This document shows, piece after piece, positions 28,350 to 38,166 of a stretch of DNA of 64,000 bases (position 1 is the first letter of the stretch; the number at the start of each line of letters is the position of its first letter). Source of the DNA: an uncultured Oscillospiraceae bacterium. Lineage in GTDB: Bacteria > Bacillota > Clostridia > Christensenellales > CAG-138. A model generated the notes under the pieces. It saw only the letters and a list, made by a program, of their open reading frames with translations, was not told where the DNA came from and did not search any database. The stretch is taken from contig CAYZAW010000001.1 of the NCBI GenBank assembly GCA_964476505.1, forward strand, positions 58,814 to 122,813, written 5' to 3'. Both the position numbers and the translations under genes were made by a program.

Positions 28350-29096
28350 ATGAGAAAACCGATTATTGCAGGCAACTGGAAAATGAACACCACTGTGGAC
28401 GATGCAAAAGAGTTGGTAAAGGCTTTGATTCCCTTGGTGAAGGATGCCAAGTGCGACGTAGTGGTATGCCCCCCGTTCATCAACATCTGCGCAGTCTCTA
28501 AGGAAATCAAGGGCACCAACATCAAGCTGGGCTGCCAGAACATCCATTGGGAAGAAAAGGGCGCGTTCACCGGCGAGATCTCTCCCGCCATGCTCAAGGC
28601 CTTCGGCGTGGAATATGCCATCATCGGCCATAGCGAGCGCCGCCAGTACTTTGGCGAAACCAACGAGGGCGTGAACAAGCGCGCGAAGGCCGCATTGGCC
28701 AACGACATCACCCCCATCGTGTGCGTAGGCGAAAGCCTCAGCCAGCGTGAAAACGGCGAAACGGACGCTTGGGTGTCCGAGCAGACCGTGGCCGCGTTTA
28801 AGGATATCGATGCAGCGGATGCCGTGAAGGTGGTCGTAGCGTATGAGCCCATTTGGGCCATCGGCACCGGCAAAACCGCCACCAAGGAGCAGGCAAACGA
28901 AACCATCGGCGTGATTCGCAAGGCCATCGCCGGCGTGTACGGCACGGACGTTGCCGAGAAGGTGCGCATCCAGTACGGCGGCAGCATGAACCCCAAGAAC
29001 GCTTCCGAGCTGATGGCTATGCCCGAGATCGACGGCGGCCTCATCGGCGGCGCGGCATTGAAGGCGGATGACTTCTCCAAGGTTGTCCATTTCTAA
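28350..29096 (+). CDS. tpiA: Triose-phosphate isomerase
   Basis: 248 aa. Motifs [16 protein letters not shown] and [11 protein letters not shown]. Confidence 0.95.
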   Translation: MRKPIIAGNWKMNTTVDDAKELVKALIPLVKDAKCDVVVCPPFINICAVSKEIKGTNIKLGCQNIHWEEKGAFTGEISPAMLKAFGVEYAIIGHSERRQYFGETNEGVNKRAKAALANDITPIVCVGESLSQRENGETDAWVSEQTVAAFKDIDAADAVKVVVAYEPIWAIGTGKTATKEQANETIGVIRKAIAGVYGTDVAEKVRIQYGGSMNPKNASELMAMPEIDGGLIGGAALKADDFSKVVHF

Positions 29097-29179
29097 AGCA
29101 GCAGAATGAACACATGAACAGGCCCGCCCGGAAGTGCAAAACACGAGTACGGGCGGGACTGCTATGTTTAGGAGGTCAA

Positions 29180-30727
29180 ATGAAACCGATCACGGCACTT
29201 ATCATATTGGATGGCTTTGGCTGCACGGCGAATACGGACGGCAACGCCATCAAGGCGGACGGCGCAAAGCACATCATGTCTCTTTGGAACAAGTATCCGC
29301 ATACGCAGATCGCCGCCAGCGGCATGGACGTGGGTCTTCCCACGGGGCAGATGGGCAATTCCGAGGTGGGGCATCTGAACATCGGCGCGGGGCGCATCGT
29401 GTATCAGGAGTTCACCCGCATCACCAAGTCCATCCACGACGGAGATTTCTTTACCGTTCCGGCGTTTAATGCCGCTATGGAAAACTGCAAAAAGCATGAT
29501 TCCGCCCTGCACCTGATGGGCTTATGCTCCGACGGCGGCGTACACAGCCACTTGGAGCATCTGTATGCACTGGTGAAGATGGCGCGGAATGCAGGCCTGA
29601 AAAAGGTGTTTATCCACTGCTTTATGGACGGGCGCGATGTTCCCCCCTCCAGCGGAAAGGGCTATATCGAGCAGGTGGAAGCAGAGCTCATTAAGATCGG
29701 CTGCGGTAGCATTGCAACCGTGATGGGCCGCTATTATGCCATGGATCGTGATAACCGCTTCGAGCGCGTGGAGCGTGCGTATGCCGCCATGACCTATGGC
29801 GAGGGCATTCCCGTATCCTCCGCTGTGGAAGCTATGGAAACAAGCTACGAAAAGGGCGAAACGGACGAGTTCGTGCAGCCCTCCGTTGTGATGCAAAACG
29901 GTAAGCCTACCGCTACCGTATCCGCAAACGACAGCGTCATTTTCTACAACTTCCGGCCTGACCGCGCACGCGAGATCACCCGCGCGTATATCTTTGAAGA
30001 CTTTGACGGCTTCCCGCGTAAAAATGGCTTCTTCCCGCTTAGCTATGTGTCCATGACCCAGTACGACAAAACCTTTGGGGACAGATTGCAGGTAGCCTTC
30101 AAGCCGGAGGGCTTGAACAATACGCTTGGCGAATACTTGGGCGCGCAGGGAAAGACCCAGCTTCGCATTGCGGAAACGGAGAAGTACGCGCATGTAACGT
30201 TCTTCTTCAACGGCGGTGTGGAAGCACCCAACACCGGGGAGGACAGGTGCTTGATTCCCTCTCCCAAGGTAGCAACCTACGACCTTAAGCCTGAAATGAG
30301 CGCGTACGAGGTGGCGGAGGAAGCGGTGCGCCGCATCAACAGCGGCTTATACGATGCCATGATATTGAACTTTGCCAACCCGGACATGGTAGGGCATACC
30401 GGCGTGATGGCGGCGGCAACGGCGGCGATCCATGCGGTGGACGCTTGCGTTGCCAAGGTGGTACAGGCCATCTTGGCTACCGGCGGACGCTGCATCATTA
30501 CGGCGGATCACGGCAATGCCGAGCAAATGATCGACGACGTGAACCATGTGCCCTTTACGGCGCATACCACCAACCCCGTGCCCTGCATATTGGTAGACCC
30601 CGCCCGCCAGAACGCGGCGCTTAGAAGCGGCGGCAGGCTGTCCGACCTTGCGCCTACGCTTTTAGAGCTGATGGGGCTGCCCGTACCGGCGGAAATGACC
30701 GGCAAAAGCCTCATCGAGCAGGCGTAA
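29180..30727 (+). CDS. gpmI: 2,3-bisphosphoglycerate-independent phosphoglycerate mutase
   Basis: ORF track 29114..30727. ATG 29180 follows GGAGG. Motifs LIILDGFG, NSEVGHLNIGAGR and ADHGNAE. Confidence 0.95.
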   Translation: MKPITALIILDGFGCTANTDGNAIKADGAKHIMSLWNKYPHTQIAASGMDVGLPTGQMGNSEVGHLNIGAGRIVYQEFTRITKSIHDGDFFTVPAFNAAMENCKKHDSALHLMGLCSDGGVHSHLEHLYALVKMARNAGLKKVFIHCFMDGRDVPPSSGKGYIEQVEAELIKIGCGSIATVMGRYYAMDRDNRFERVERAYAAMTYGEGIPVSSAVEAMETSYEKGETDEFVQPSVVMQNGKPTATVSANDSVIFYNFRPDRAREITRAYIFEDFDGFPRKNGFFPLSYVSMTQYDKTFGDRLQVAFKPEGLNNTLGEYLGAQGKTQLRIAETEKYAHVTFFFNGGVEAPNTGEDRCLIPSPKVATYDLKPEMSAYEVAEEAVRRINSGLYDAMILNFANPDMVGHTGVMAAATAAIHAVDACVAKVVQAILATGGRCIITADHGNAEQMIDDVNHVPFTAHTTNPVPCILVDPARQNAALRSGGRLSDLAPTLLELMGLPVPAEMTGKSLIEQA

Positions 30728-30836
30728 CAAGAAGAAAAAAGGCAAAATATGTACGCTAATGGGCTGTAAAGCGCTTGCTTTTGCCGCTTTGGTGTGATAA
30801 ACTAGCCAATGCAGTCATTGATGGAGGTATGTAATA

Positions 30837-31076
30837 ATGGAAGTGGCAAGAACGATCCTGACCATTATCCTTTTGATCGTATCCGTGCTATTGATCGTGG
30901 TGGTACTCATGCAATCGTCCAAGAGTTCCGGCCTCGGCTCCGCGTTCGGCGGAGATACACAGTCGATTAGCAACAAGGGTAAGGCGGCCTCTAAGGAAGC
31001 CAAGCTCCAAAAGCTTACCAAGATTTTAGCCATTGCTATGGGCGTACTTGCCCTTGCTATGGCGATCATCGGCTAA
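30837..31076 (+). CDS. secG: Preprotein translocase subunit SecG
   Basis: 79 aa with two TM helices. Motif VVVLMQSSKSSGLGSAFGG. Confidence 0.88.
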   Translation: MEVARTILTIILLIVSVLLIVVVLMQSSKSSGLGSAFGGDTQSISNKGKAASKEAKLQKLTKILAIAMGVLALAMAIIG

Positions 31077-31099
31077 GGTACGGAGAAACAGTCAAGCAT

Positions 31100-31133
31100 A
31101 CGGCACGCAAGCAACTGCGTGCCGTTTTGTTTT
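31100..31133 (+). terminator. Rho-independent terminator after secG
   Basis: ACGGCACGCA-agcaac-TGCGTGCCGT followed by TTTGTTTT. Confidence 0.8.
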
Positions 31134-31157
31134 ACAAATAAACGGGGAAGAATACTA

Positions 31158-31203
31158 TTGGGGCGCTGCCCCAAACCCCGCAGGGGATATTTCCCCAGAC
31201 CCC
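31158..31203. other. Cluster of C4/G4 tracts forming alternative mini-hairpins in the rnr upstream region
   Basis: TTGGGGC-gct-GCCCCAA, CCCC-gca-GGGG and GGGG-atattt-CCCC, plus a further CCCC. The plus strand carries four C4 tracts with spacers of 3, 13 and 3 nt. Confidence 0.5.
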
Positions 31204-31313
31204 ATTTACCGCTGGAAATATTCGGCGGAGGAACGGTTTCAAGGGGTACGGGACAACATCCCCATCGTATTACTGCAAAACAGTCCGATAGGACTATGAA
31301 ACTAGGAGATTAA

Positions 31314-33422
31314 ATGAACAAACAAGAACTACAGGATGAAATACTTCGGCTTATCACCGAAGCGGACAAGCCGCTGGGCTTGGATACGCTGCAAGGCAGC
31401 TTACAGGAGGAAAAAGGGCTGGACGCAGCGCTCAAGGAACTGTTAAAGTGCGGCAGCATCATCGCTACCAGAAAGGGCAAATTCGCCATCCCCAGCCAGT
31501 GCGGCATGCATTTTGGACGAGTGCAGGGGCATGCCAGAGGCTTTGGCTTCTTCATTCCCCAAGAGGGCGGGCCGGATGCCTTTATTCCCGCCGACGCTAT
31601 CCACGGCGCTATGAACGGAGACAAGGTTTGGGTGCGCTATACCGAGCAGAAAAGCCGCAACGGCTCCCCCGAATGCGAGGTCATGACCATTGCGGACAGG
31701 GCATATACGGAGATCGTTGGCACCTACGAATTGGATGAAAAAAGCGGCGGCTATGTGGTGCCGGACGATAATAAGATTCCGCAGGACGCTATGATTCAGC
31801 GGGATAAAAGCTGCAAAGCAAAGTCCGGTGACAAGGTAGCGGCAAAGATACTGCGCTATCCGGACGGCAGACGGCCTATGGTGGCTGCCATCGTGGATGT
31901 GCTGGGGAACAAGGACGATGCGGATACGGAGCTTCGCTCCATCATGCGCCAATACGGCTTATCAGAGCAATTCCCCAAGGCGGTGCTGACGGCTGCAAAC
32001 CGTGTACCGCAAACGGTGTCGTCAGACGAGAGTATTACCCGGGAAATCCTGCGCGATCGCATGATCGTGACCATCGACGGCGCGGACGCCAAGGACTTTG
32101 ACGATGCGGTAAGCTGTGAACGCCTTAAAAACGGTAACTGGTACTTGGGCGTGCATATTGCGGACGTTTCTGCCTATGTGCCGGAGGATTCCGCGCTGGA
32201 TCGCGAGGCGTATCAGCGGGGCACCTCCGTGTATCTTTCCGGCAAGGTGCTGCCCATGCTGCCCGAGGCGCTCTCTAACGGCATCTGCTCTTTAAACGAG
32301 GGGGTAGACCGGCTCACGCTGTCCTGCTTTATGGAGATCGACACCACCGGCCGCGTGGTGCGACACAAGCTTTCGCAAACGCTGATTCGTTCCCGCCACC
32401 GGCTGGTATATGAGGACGTAACAAAGCTGCTGGCGGGCGACGGTGCAATGGAGCAGAAATATGCGGACGCATCCCCCATGCTGCATGAGCTGGAACGCTT
32501 GGCGGCAGTGCTGCAGCAAAAGCGCGTGCAGCGCGGCAGCATCGATTTTGACTTGGCGGAAGCGGATATAAAATTAGACGCGAAGGGCCGGGTGCTTTCC
32601 ATCGATAAAGCGGAGCGGGGCGTTGCCAATCATGTGATCGAGGAATGCATGCTCATTGCCAACGAAACAGTTGCAAAGTATATGCAGGAGCTGCATACGC
32701 CTATCCTCTACCGCGTACACGAAGCGCCGGGAAAGGAAAAACTGACCGAGCTGAACGCCTTTTTAGGCACCTTAGGCTACGGATTAAAGAACATGAAGGA
32801 CATCCAGCCAAGAGCGCTTCAGCGCGTGCTGGATGCGGCCAAGGGTAGCAAGGAGGAGAACATCGTAAACAAGGTGGTGCTGCGCTCCATGCAAAAGGCG
32901 CGGTACTGCGAAACCTGCTTGGGGCACTTTGGCTTGGCGGCAAAGCAGTATTGCCACTTTACCTCGCCCATCCGCCGCTATCCGGATCTTTTGGTGCACC
33001 GGGCGTTAAAGGAAGTACTGTGCGGCACCATGACGGAAAAACGCAAGGCAAAGCTGGCTGCAAAGCTTCCCGAGGCGGCGGAGCAAACGAGCGCCCGGGA
33101 ACGGGTGGCCGTGGAAGCGGAGCGCGCTGTGGAGGATTACCGCAAGTGCGCCTATATGAAGGAGCATATCGGCGAAGAATTCATGGGCGTGATCTCGGGG
33201 GTCACCTCCTTCGGTTTTTTCGTCGAGCTGGAAAATACGGTGGAAGGGCTTGTCAAAAACGCACTGCTGGACGATGATGCATACGAATACGACGAGAAAA
33301 ACTACCGTATCAAGGGCCGGAACCGCGACAGGCAGTACCGGCTCGGCGATACCGTTCGCGTACGGGCAGACCGCGCGGACACTGAAACGCGGAACATAGA
33401 TTTTGCACTGTTGAGGGGCTAA
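31314..33422 (+). CDS. rnr: Ribonuclease R
   Basis: 702 aa. RNB catalytic region (DGADAKDFDDAV, HFGLA...YCHFTSPIRRYPDLLVHR) and a C-terminal S1 domain (GVISGVTSFGFFVEL). Confidence 0.95.
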   Translation: MNKQELQDEILRLITEADKPLGLDTLQGSLQEEKGLDAALKELLKCGSIIATRKGKFAIPSQCGMHFGRVQGHARGFGFFIPQEGGPDAFIPADAIHGAMNGDKVWVRYTEQKSRNGSPECEVMTIADRAYTEIVGTYELDEKSGGYVVPDDNKIPQDAMIQRDKSCKAKSGDKVAAKILRYPDGRRPMVAAIVDVLGNKDDADTELRSIMRQYGLSEQFPKAVLTAANRVPQTVSSDESITREILRDRMIVTIDGADAKDFDDAVSCERLKNGNWYLGVHIADVSAYVPEDSALDREAYQRGTSVYLSGKVLPMLPEALSNGICSLNEGVDRLTLSCFMEIDTTGRVVRHKLSQTLIRSRHRLVYEDVTKLLAGDGAMEQKYADASPMLHELERLAAVLQQKRVQRGSIDFDLAEADIKLDAKGRVLSIDKAERGVANHVIEECMLIANETVAKYMQELHTPILYRVHEAPGKEKLTELNAFLGTLGYGLKNMKDIQPRALQRVLDAAKGSKEENIVNKVVLRSMQKARYCETCLGHFGLAAKQYCHFTSPIRRYPDLLVHRALKEVLCGTMTEKRKAKLAAKLPEAAEQTSARERVAVEAERAVEDYRKCAYMKEHIGEEFMGVISGVTSFGFFVELENTVEGLVKNALLDDDAYEYDEKNYRIKGRNRDRQYRLGDTVRVRADRADTETRNIDFALLRG

Positions 33423-33442
33423 AAACCATTTGGGGGTAGGGG

Positions 33443-34324
33443 ATGCGAACGCTGTCGCTGACTGTTTGCGCCGCGCAAGACGGACGCTCGGTAAAAAGCC
33501 TGATGGAGCAGGAATGGAAATGCTCCAGCCGCTTGACGGCAAAGCTGAGAAGGCGGGATACGGGTATTTTATTGAACGGCTCTAAGGTATATACCACCGC
33601 CCGCGTGCAAACGGGAGACGTACTGACAATTGAGATCGGGGACGAACAGCCCGTGCAGCGGGTGGAGCCTATCCCCGTGCCCATGGATGTGGTGTGGGAG
33701 GATGCGGACATACTGGTGCTGAATAAGCCTGCGGGCATGGTGGTGCATCCCTGCTTGGACATTGGCGCGGTGTCCGTGGAGCATGCGCTTTCCTACTACC
33801 TGCCTCCGGAGGACGGCATCCATCCGGTAAGCAGGCTGGACAGAGGCACCACCGGCTTGATGACTATTGCAAAAAACGGCTACATGCACGATAGGCTAAG
33901 AAATCTCTTGCACACGCCGGATTTCTATCGGGAATACATTGGCATTGCAGAGGGAATCGTAACTCCGGCGGCAGGGCATATCACGCTGCCTATCGGTTAT
34001 GCCGAGGGCAGCAATTACCAGCGGGCAGTGCGGGAGGACGGCATGCCCGCGCATACGGAGTATGAAACGCTTACGACTGTGAACGGCCTCTCCGTACTGC
34101 GGTTGATTCCTCACACGGGGCGCAACCATCAGCTGCGGCTGCATCTGTCCGCCATCGGCTACCCGCTGGTGGGGGACTGGCTGTACGGCACAGAGGACAA
34201 AAGCCGCATTGGCCGGCCTGCGCTGCATTCCTGCCGCTTGGTGCTGCGGCACCCGCTAACGGGAGAACGGCTGGCATTGGAATGCCCCATGCCGAAGGAT
34301 ATGCAAAGGCTTATCGAAAAGTAA
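33443..34324 (+). CDS. RluA-family RNA pseudouridine synthase
   Basis: 293 aa. S4-like N-terminus. LNKPAGMVVHP, and the catalytic region HPVSRLDRGTTGLM. Confidence 0.9.
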   Translation: MRTLSLTVCAAQDGRSVKSLMEQEWKCSSRLTAKLRRRDTGILLNGSKVYTTARVQTGDVLTIEIGDEQPVQRVEPIPVPMDVVWEDADILVLNKPAGMVVHPCLDIGAVSVEHALSYYLPPEDGIHPVSRLDRGTTGLMTIAKNGYMHDRLRNLLHTPDFYREYIGIAEGIVTPAAGHITLPIGYAEGSNYQRAVREDGMPAHTEYETLTTVNGLSVLRLIPHTGRNHQLRLHLSAIGYPLVGDWLYGTEDKSRIGRPALHSCRLVLRHPLTGERLALECPMPKDMQRLIEK

Positions 34325-34354
34325 AACCGCCGCGAAGTTTTTCGCGGCGGTTTT
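34323..34354. terminator. Bidirectional terminator between convergent genes
   Basis: AAAACCGCCGCGAA-gttt-TTCGCGGCGGTTTT. Confidence 0.8.
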
Positions 34355-34373
34355 TGCTTGCAGCACAATAATC

Positions 34374-35477
34374 TTACTTGATTGCCATATAAGGAATCCG
34401 CACGGAATATCCGTCGGCATATAATTCGTATTCGGTGCCGTTTAGCCAGTCCTCGCCCATGGCGGCGTTTAAGGCAAGGCGCAATGCCGTATCGCCAACA
34501 GCGGTATGATCTAGAAGCACTGTGCCGTCCATGGCATGGGCTTGGATGGCGGCGATGGCTTCTTCCGTGCCGCCAGCTCCTATGACCGCAATGTGCGGGG
34601 AATCCTCGCCTAGGTTATAACCCGCGTGTTGCAGGGCTTTTGCCGCGCCCAGCGCCATGGCATCGCTGTTGGCAAACACCACCTCAATATTGCCGCCATA
34701 CTCCTCGTTTACAAGGGCGGCGTTCATGCAGTTTTCCGCGACTGCCGCGTTCCAGTTGCAGGTATAGGTAGAACCTAATTTTTGTAAGTTTACCCCGGCA
34801 AAAATTGCGGCCTCTACAGAATAGTGCGTTAGCGCAATGGCGTCCGCATCATGTGAAACGCCCATGAGCATGATGTATTGCAGCGCACCGTCGCCGTTGC
34901 GGTCGATGGAGGGGCGAAGGTCAAGTAAGGTTTTTAACAACCGCCCCTGCTGCTCTCCCGCGTCTTGCGGAAGCCCGCCAACAAATATGGCGTTGTCCTC
35001 CTGCATAAAGGTTTCGTACAGGGCAACGATAGGCTCCTTTTCCATAAAGAGCAGGGGAACGCCGCTGCTTTTAGAGAGCGCCGCATAATCGCTGGCGGCG
35101 TTCGCGTCGCACAGCGTCATAATAACGGCGGCAGGCTTGGCGGCAATAAGCGTTTGCGCCTGCTGCATCTGTGCCGCAGGATCGTCCGCGGCGTTGCGTT
35201 CATCCAGCCGGACGATGATACTAAGCTGCGAAGAAAGCTCGTCTGCCGCTGCCTGTATGGCCTGCCGTGCCTGCGCATAGGCGGGTTCGCCGGCGTTGGC
35301 TGCCAGTATCACGATGGAATACGTTGGCGGTGCCGGTGTGGGCGTAGGCGTGATCACAGGCGTGGGAACAGGGGTAGGATCGGGCGTAGGCGTTGCGGCC
35401 TGCGGTATCATTTCGCAGGCGGTCAACAGCAGGATACATACCAAACAGCTAACAGCCGCAAACAGTTTCTTTTTCAT
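34374..35477 (-). CDS. Lipoprotein with a periplasmic-binding-protein (PBP1, sugar-binding-like) domain. No adjacent ABC permease or ATPase.
   Basis: ORF track 34374..35492. ATG 35477 follows GGAGGAA. Lipobox LLLTAC. Pro/Thr linker TPTPDPTPVPTPVITPTPTPAPP. The rest looks MglB/RbsB-like. Confidence 0.75.
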   Translation of the reverse strand: MKKKLFAAVSCLVCILLLTACEMIPQAATPTPDPTPVPTPVITPTPTPAPPTYSIVILAANAGEPAYAQARQAIQAAADELSSQLSIIVRLDERNAADDPAAQMQQAQTLIAAKPAAVIMTLCDANAASDYAALSKSSGVPLLFMEKEPIVALYETFMQEDNAIFVGGLPQDAGEQQGRLLKTLLDLRPSIDRNGDGALQYIMLMGVSHDADAIALTHYSVEAAIFAGVNLQKLGSTYTCNWNAAVAENCMNAALVNEEYGGNIEVVFANSDAMALGAAKALQHAGYNLGEDSPHIAVIGAGGTEEAIAAIQAHAMDGTVLLDHTAVGDTALRLALNAAMGEDWLNGTEYELYADGYSVRIPYMAIK

Positions 35478-35571
35478 GGGCGTTTCCTCCAAGGGCTAAA
35501 CATAGTGTAATCATGCATCATGGCTCCGGTTCTGCAGCCCTCCGTTTTATGTCGTGGGCGGGAAATACAGC

Positions 35572-36018
35572 TTAATTATCATATTGCAGCAGTATATCGG
35601 TCACCTTGCCGGTATTGTCCGTTACGCGAAAGCCCAAGAGAAACCGCATGGCGGCAATCTCCTCCTTGGTTTTCCCGGCGGTATCGAACACATAGCTACC
35701 CTCCACGTCGATAGACGGGTTGAATTCATCGTTTAACTGCGAGGTGTGCGGGCCGTCCGTGAGAATTAGGCTTTCGTACGCCGGGTCGATGATCGGCGTT
35801 TGGGAAACCACACTTTTTACGGACTCCCCGGTGCCGCGGATCTCGAAGGTGTAGGACAATACGGTTTTATCCAAATTTGTTTCGTCCGTGGTGGTAAGCG
35901 AGGTGGAGCCGGTAAGGGCGAATTCCGCATCCCCCTCGGGAGCTTCCGGCGCAGCACAGCCAAACAGCAGCATAACAAGCAATAAGGTAACGCCAAGCGC
36001 GGCGATCGTTTTTCGCAT
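35572..36018 (-). CDS. Hypothetical small lipoprotein
   Basis: 148 aa. MRKTIAALGVTLLLVMLLFGCAAPE (signal peptide plus lipobox). AGGAGG upstream. Confidence 0.65.
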   Translation of the reverse strand: MRKTIAALGVTLLLVMLLFGCAAPEAPEGDAEFALTGSTSLTTTDETNLDKTVLSYTFEIRGTGESVKSVVSQTPIIDPAYESLILTDGPHTSQLNDEFNPSIDVEGSYVFDTAGKTKEEIAAMRFLLGFRVTDNTGKVTDILLQYDN

Positions 36019-36171
36019 AGGGCAAGAACCTCCTGTGGCGAATAAGCCATCTAAAATAATAGAATAGCAGAAAAAGCCCGGAGGGGCAACTGAAAAGGCG
36101 CGCTGGGACAGAGATTTGCAGGTGCATCTCGTTCCCTGTATGCGCTGCTTACTTGGGCTCTGCCCTTCGAG

Positions 36172-36338
36172 CCCTCATTTGATATACAAGCCCGCAAGGA
36201 TAACAGGGCTCCTTCGCTTATCCGCCCGCCGCTTGTCTTTCAGACTGCGCGTCTATGGGCGGCTGCGCTCCGCGGGGCGCTGAAAACGCCGCACTGTGGC
36301 GTTTTCTTCCCTGCGGGAACCGCGCCCTTCGAGCCCTC
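36172..36338. repeat. Direct repeats in the tRNA-Val flank: GCCCTTCGAGCCCTC twice, plus a 14-nt copy of the tRNA 3' segment
   Basis: GCCCTTCGAGCCCTC occurs at 36172-36186 and 36324-36338. GGATAACAGGGCTC at 36198-36211 is identical to 36391-36404 inside the tRNA gene. Confidence 0.7.
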
Positions 36339-36355
36339 TCATTATATGCACCAAT

Positions 36356-36382
36356 AAAAAAAGAGCCGATGGCTCTTTTTTT
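36356..36382. terminator. Hairpin terminator immediately 3' of tRNA-Val
   Basis: AAAAAAAGAGCC-gat-GGCTCTTTTTTT. Confidence 0.8.
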
Positions 36383-36384
36383 AT

Positions 36385-36461
36385 TGGTGGGGATAACAGG
36401 GCTCGAACCTGTGACCTCCTCGATGTGAACGAGGCGCTCTAACCAGCTGGGCTACATCCCC
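36385..36461 (-). tRNA. tRNA-Val (anticodon CAC), CCA encoded
   Basis: The minus strand GGGGATGTAGCCCAGCTGGTTAGAGCGCCTCGTTCACATCGAGGAGGTCACAGGTTCGAGCCCTGTTATCCCCACCA folds by hand into a cloverleaf. Anticodon loop is TTCACAT and T-loop is TTCGAGC. Confidence 0.9.
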
Positions 36462-36628
36462 GTAGCATGTAATATCATAACGCATGAAACGCGTCTTTGC
36501 AAGTGTTTTTTGCTTCAATCCAAAGGCGGATTTCATCGAACAATTTACCGGTTTTTTTCCATAATGCATGATCCCTCGGCGGCACCAAATCCTTTGCCGC
36601 CGCATAGCATAGCAGGGGAGGGTGCAGC

Positions 36629-37294
36629 ATGGAAAAACGACCGGCGCGTTCTGTTATCAAAAGAAAGGCGGTCACAGCAGTACTGCTTTTACTTGCCATC
36701 ACGCTGTTTCTGTTTTACATTGTAGAGCGCAAGCTGCAGCCCGCGCTTCGGGCGGTGGCGGATATCCGCGTGCAGTCCATCGTATCCAGCGCTATGTACG
36801 CTGCCATACAAGACACCGTGGCGAAAAACACGGAGCCTTTGATCGATACCATGCAGACCGTTGATCAGGTGTTTTATGTACAGACCGATACTGCGGCGCT
36901 GAACCGCTTTTCCACTGCCTGCGCGGCGGCGGCTGACCGCAGCGTTGCAGGCTTGGGCAAGCAGGGCGTTACCATCCCTTGGGGCAACGTTAGCGGCGTG
37001 TCCTTCTTGGCGGGCTTTGGGCCGGATATCACCCTGCATTTTGCGCCGGAAGGCAACATTACCGTGTACTATTTTAGCGAGTTTTACAGCGCCGGTATCA
37101 ATCAGACCCTGCACCGCATCATACTGCATTTGCAGGCGGATGTGGTGATGGTGCTGCCCGGCAGCACGGAGCTTACCACCGTCACGGCGGAGGCCGTTGT
37201 GGCGGAGCATATCATTGTTGGCAAGGTGCCGGAGGCGTATACGGACGTTTCCAATGAGGAAGACCTGTTGAACTTGGTGCCCGAGGCGGATTAA
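36629..37294 (+). CDS. yunB: Sporulation protein YunB
   Basis: 221 aa with an N-terminal TM helix. Resembles YunB by recall (IVERKLQPAL...IRVQSIVSSAM...VYYFSEFYSAGINQT). Confidence 0.8.
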   Translation: MEKRPARSVIKRKAVTAVLLLLAITLFLFYIVERKLQPALRAVADIRVQSIVSSAMYAAIQDTVAKNTEPLIDTMQTVDQVFYVQTDTAALNRFSTACAAAADRSVAGLGKQGVTIPWGNVSGVSFLAGFGPDITLHFAPEGNITVYYFSEFYSAGINQTLHRIILHLQADVVMVLPGSTELTTVTAEAVVAEHIIVGKVPEAYTDVSNEEDLLNLVPEAD

Positions 37295-38166
37295 CCGCGC
37301 TTTCTCGTTAGCAGCGGCAGCGCCACGCCAAACAGAACGATCAATATGCCAAGTATTTGCGGCCACTCCAGCGCGTCGCCTAGTAAGATCACCCCTAACA
37401 GCGTGGCGATCACAGGCTCGGCAGTGGCGGTGATGCTGGCAATGCCGCCGTCCAGCCCCGTATCCAGTCCTTTTAAATAGAAGGTATAGGCAAGCACGCT
37501 TCCAAATACCGCCAGACCTGCATATCCGAACCAGAGCTCTGCGGAGGGAACGGCAATGCCCCACGGCGGGCGCAGAAACAAAAACAGCAGCGACCCCAGC
37601 ATGATCATCAGCCCCGCATTGGTACGCGCATCGTGTAGCTGCTTTGCCTTGCGCCCCAGCACGGTCACGGTGGAATAGGCCAAGCCGGAGGCGAGGCCGA
37701 TCAACACGCCCGGCAGGTTCACGGATTGAAGGTTGTACCCGCCCACCACAAAAAAGCAGCCGAGGAAGGTACAGCAAAGCGCCGCTAGCTTTACGGGCGT
37801 AATGGGCTCCTTGTAAAATATGCGGGAGAGTATCACCACGAAGGACGGGCCTGTGTACAGCAGCATGGCGGCCATGGCGGTGCTGAGCCGCTGTACGGCC
37901 ATCATGTATAATAAGAACGTGCCGCCAACGCCTGTTAAGCCGTACAGCAGGTAAAACGGCAGCTCACGAAGCTTTACGGTTTTAAAGGTGCCGTCAATCA
38001 AAAACCAAATAAAAAACACGCCGGCAGCCAAATACGCCCGCATGGCGGCGGCAGTAACGGGGTCCGAGCCCAAGCCGTATACATAGCGGGAAAACATAGG
38101 CAGCGTGCCCCATAGCGCCGCGCCCAGCAGTACATATAACGTACCGGTTTTTGCATTCTTGCTCAT
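37291..38166 (-). CDS. EamA/DMT-family transporter
   Basis: ORF track 37291..38235. Ten-TM profile with two EamA-like halves. The start is uncertain: ATG 38166 was chosen, with alternatives at 38217 and 38235. Confidence 0.8.
   Translation of the reverse strand: MSKNAKTGTLYVLLGAALWGTLPMFSRYVYGLGSDPVTAAAMRAYLAAGVFFIWFLIDGTFKTVKLRELPFYLLYGLTGVGGTFLLYMMAVQRLSTAMAAMLLYTGPSFVVILSRIFYKEPITPVKLAALCCTFLGCFFVVGGYNLQSVNLPGVLIGLASGLAYSTVTVLGRKAKQLHDARTNAGLMIMLGSLLFLFLRPPWGIAVPSAELWFGYAGLAVFGSVLAYTFYLKGLDTGLDGGIASITATAEPVIATLLGVILLGDALEWPQILGILIVLFGVALPLLTRKRG

Noticed and set aside
27317-29144. Minus-strand ORFs of 289, 457 and 249 aa overlapping pgk and tpiA
   Set aside because: They lie antisense to unmistakable glycolytic genes. 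They are shadow ORFs with an Ala/Gly/His-rich composition.
36689-37777. 362-aa minus-strand ORF spanning yunB and the EamA gene
   Set aside because: Its translation is Arg/Gly/Ala-rich and fits no family. It overlaps two well-supported genes in other frames.
34374-38166. A genomic island or prophage integrated at tRNA-Val
   Set aside because: No integrase, excisionase or phage gene lies on either side. The flanking genes are lipoproteins, yunB and a transporter. Only short repeat scars are present.
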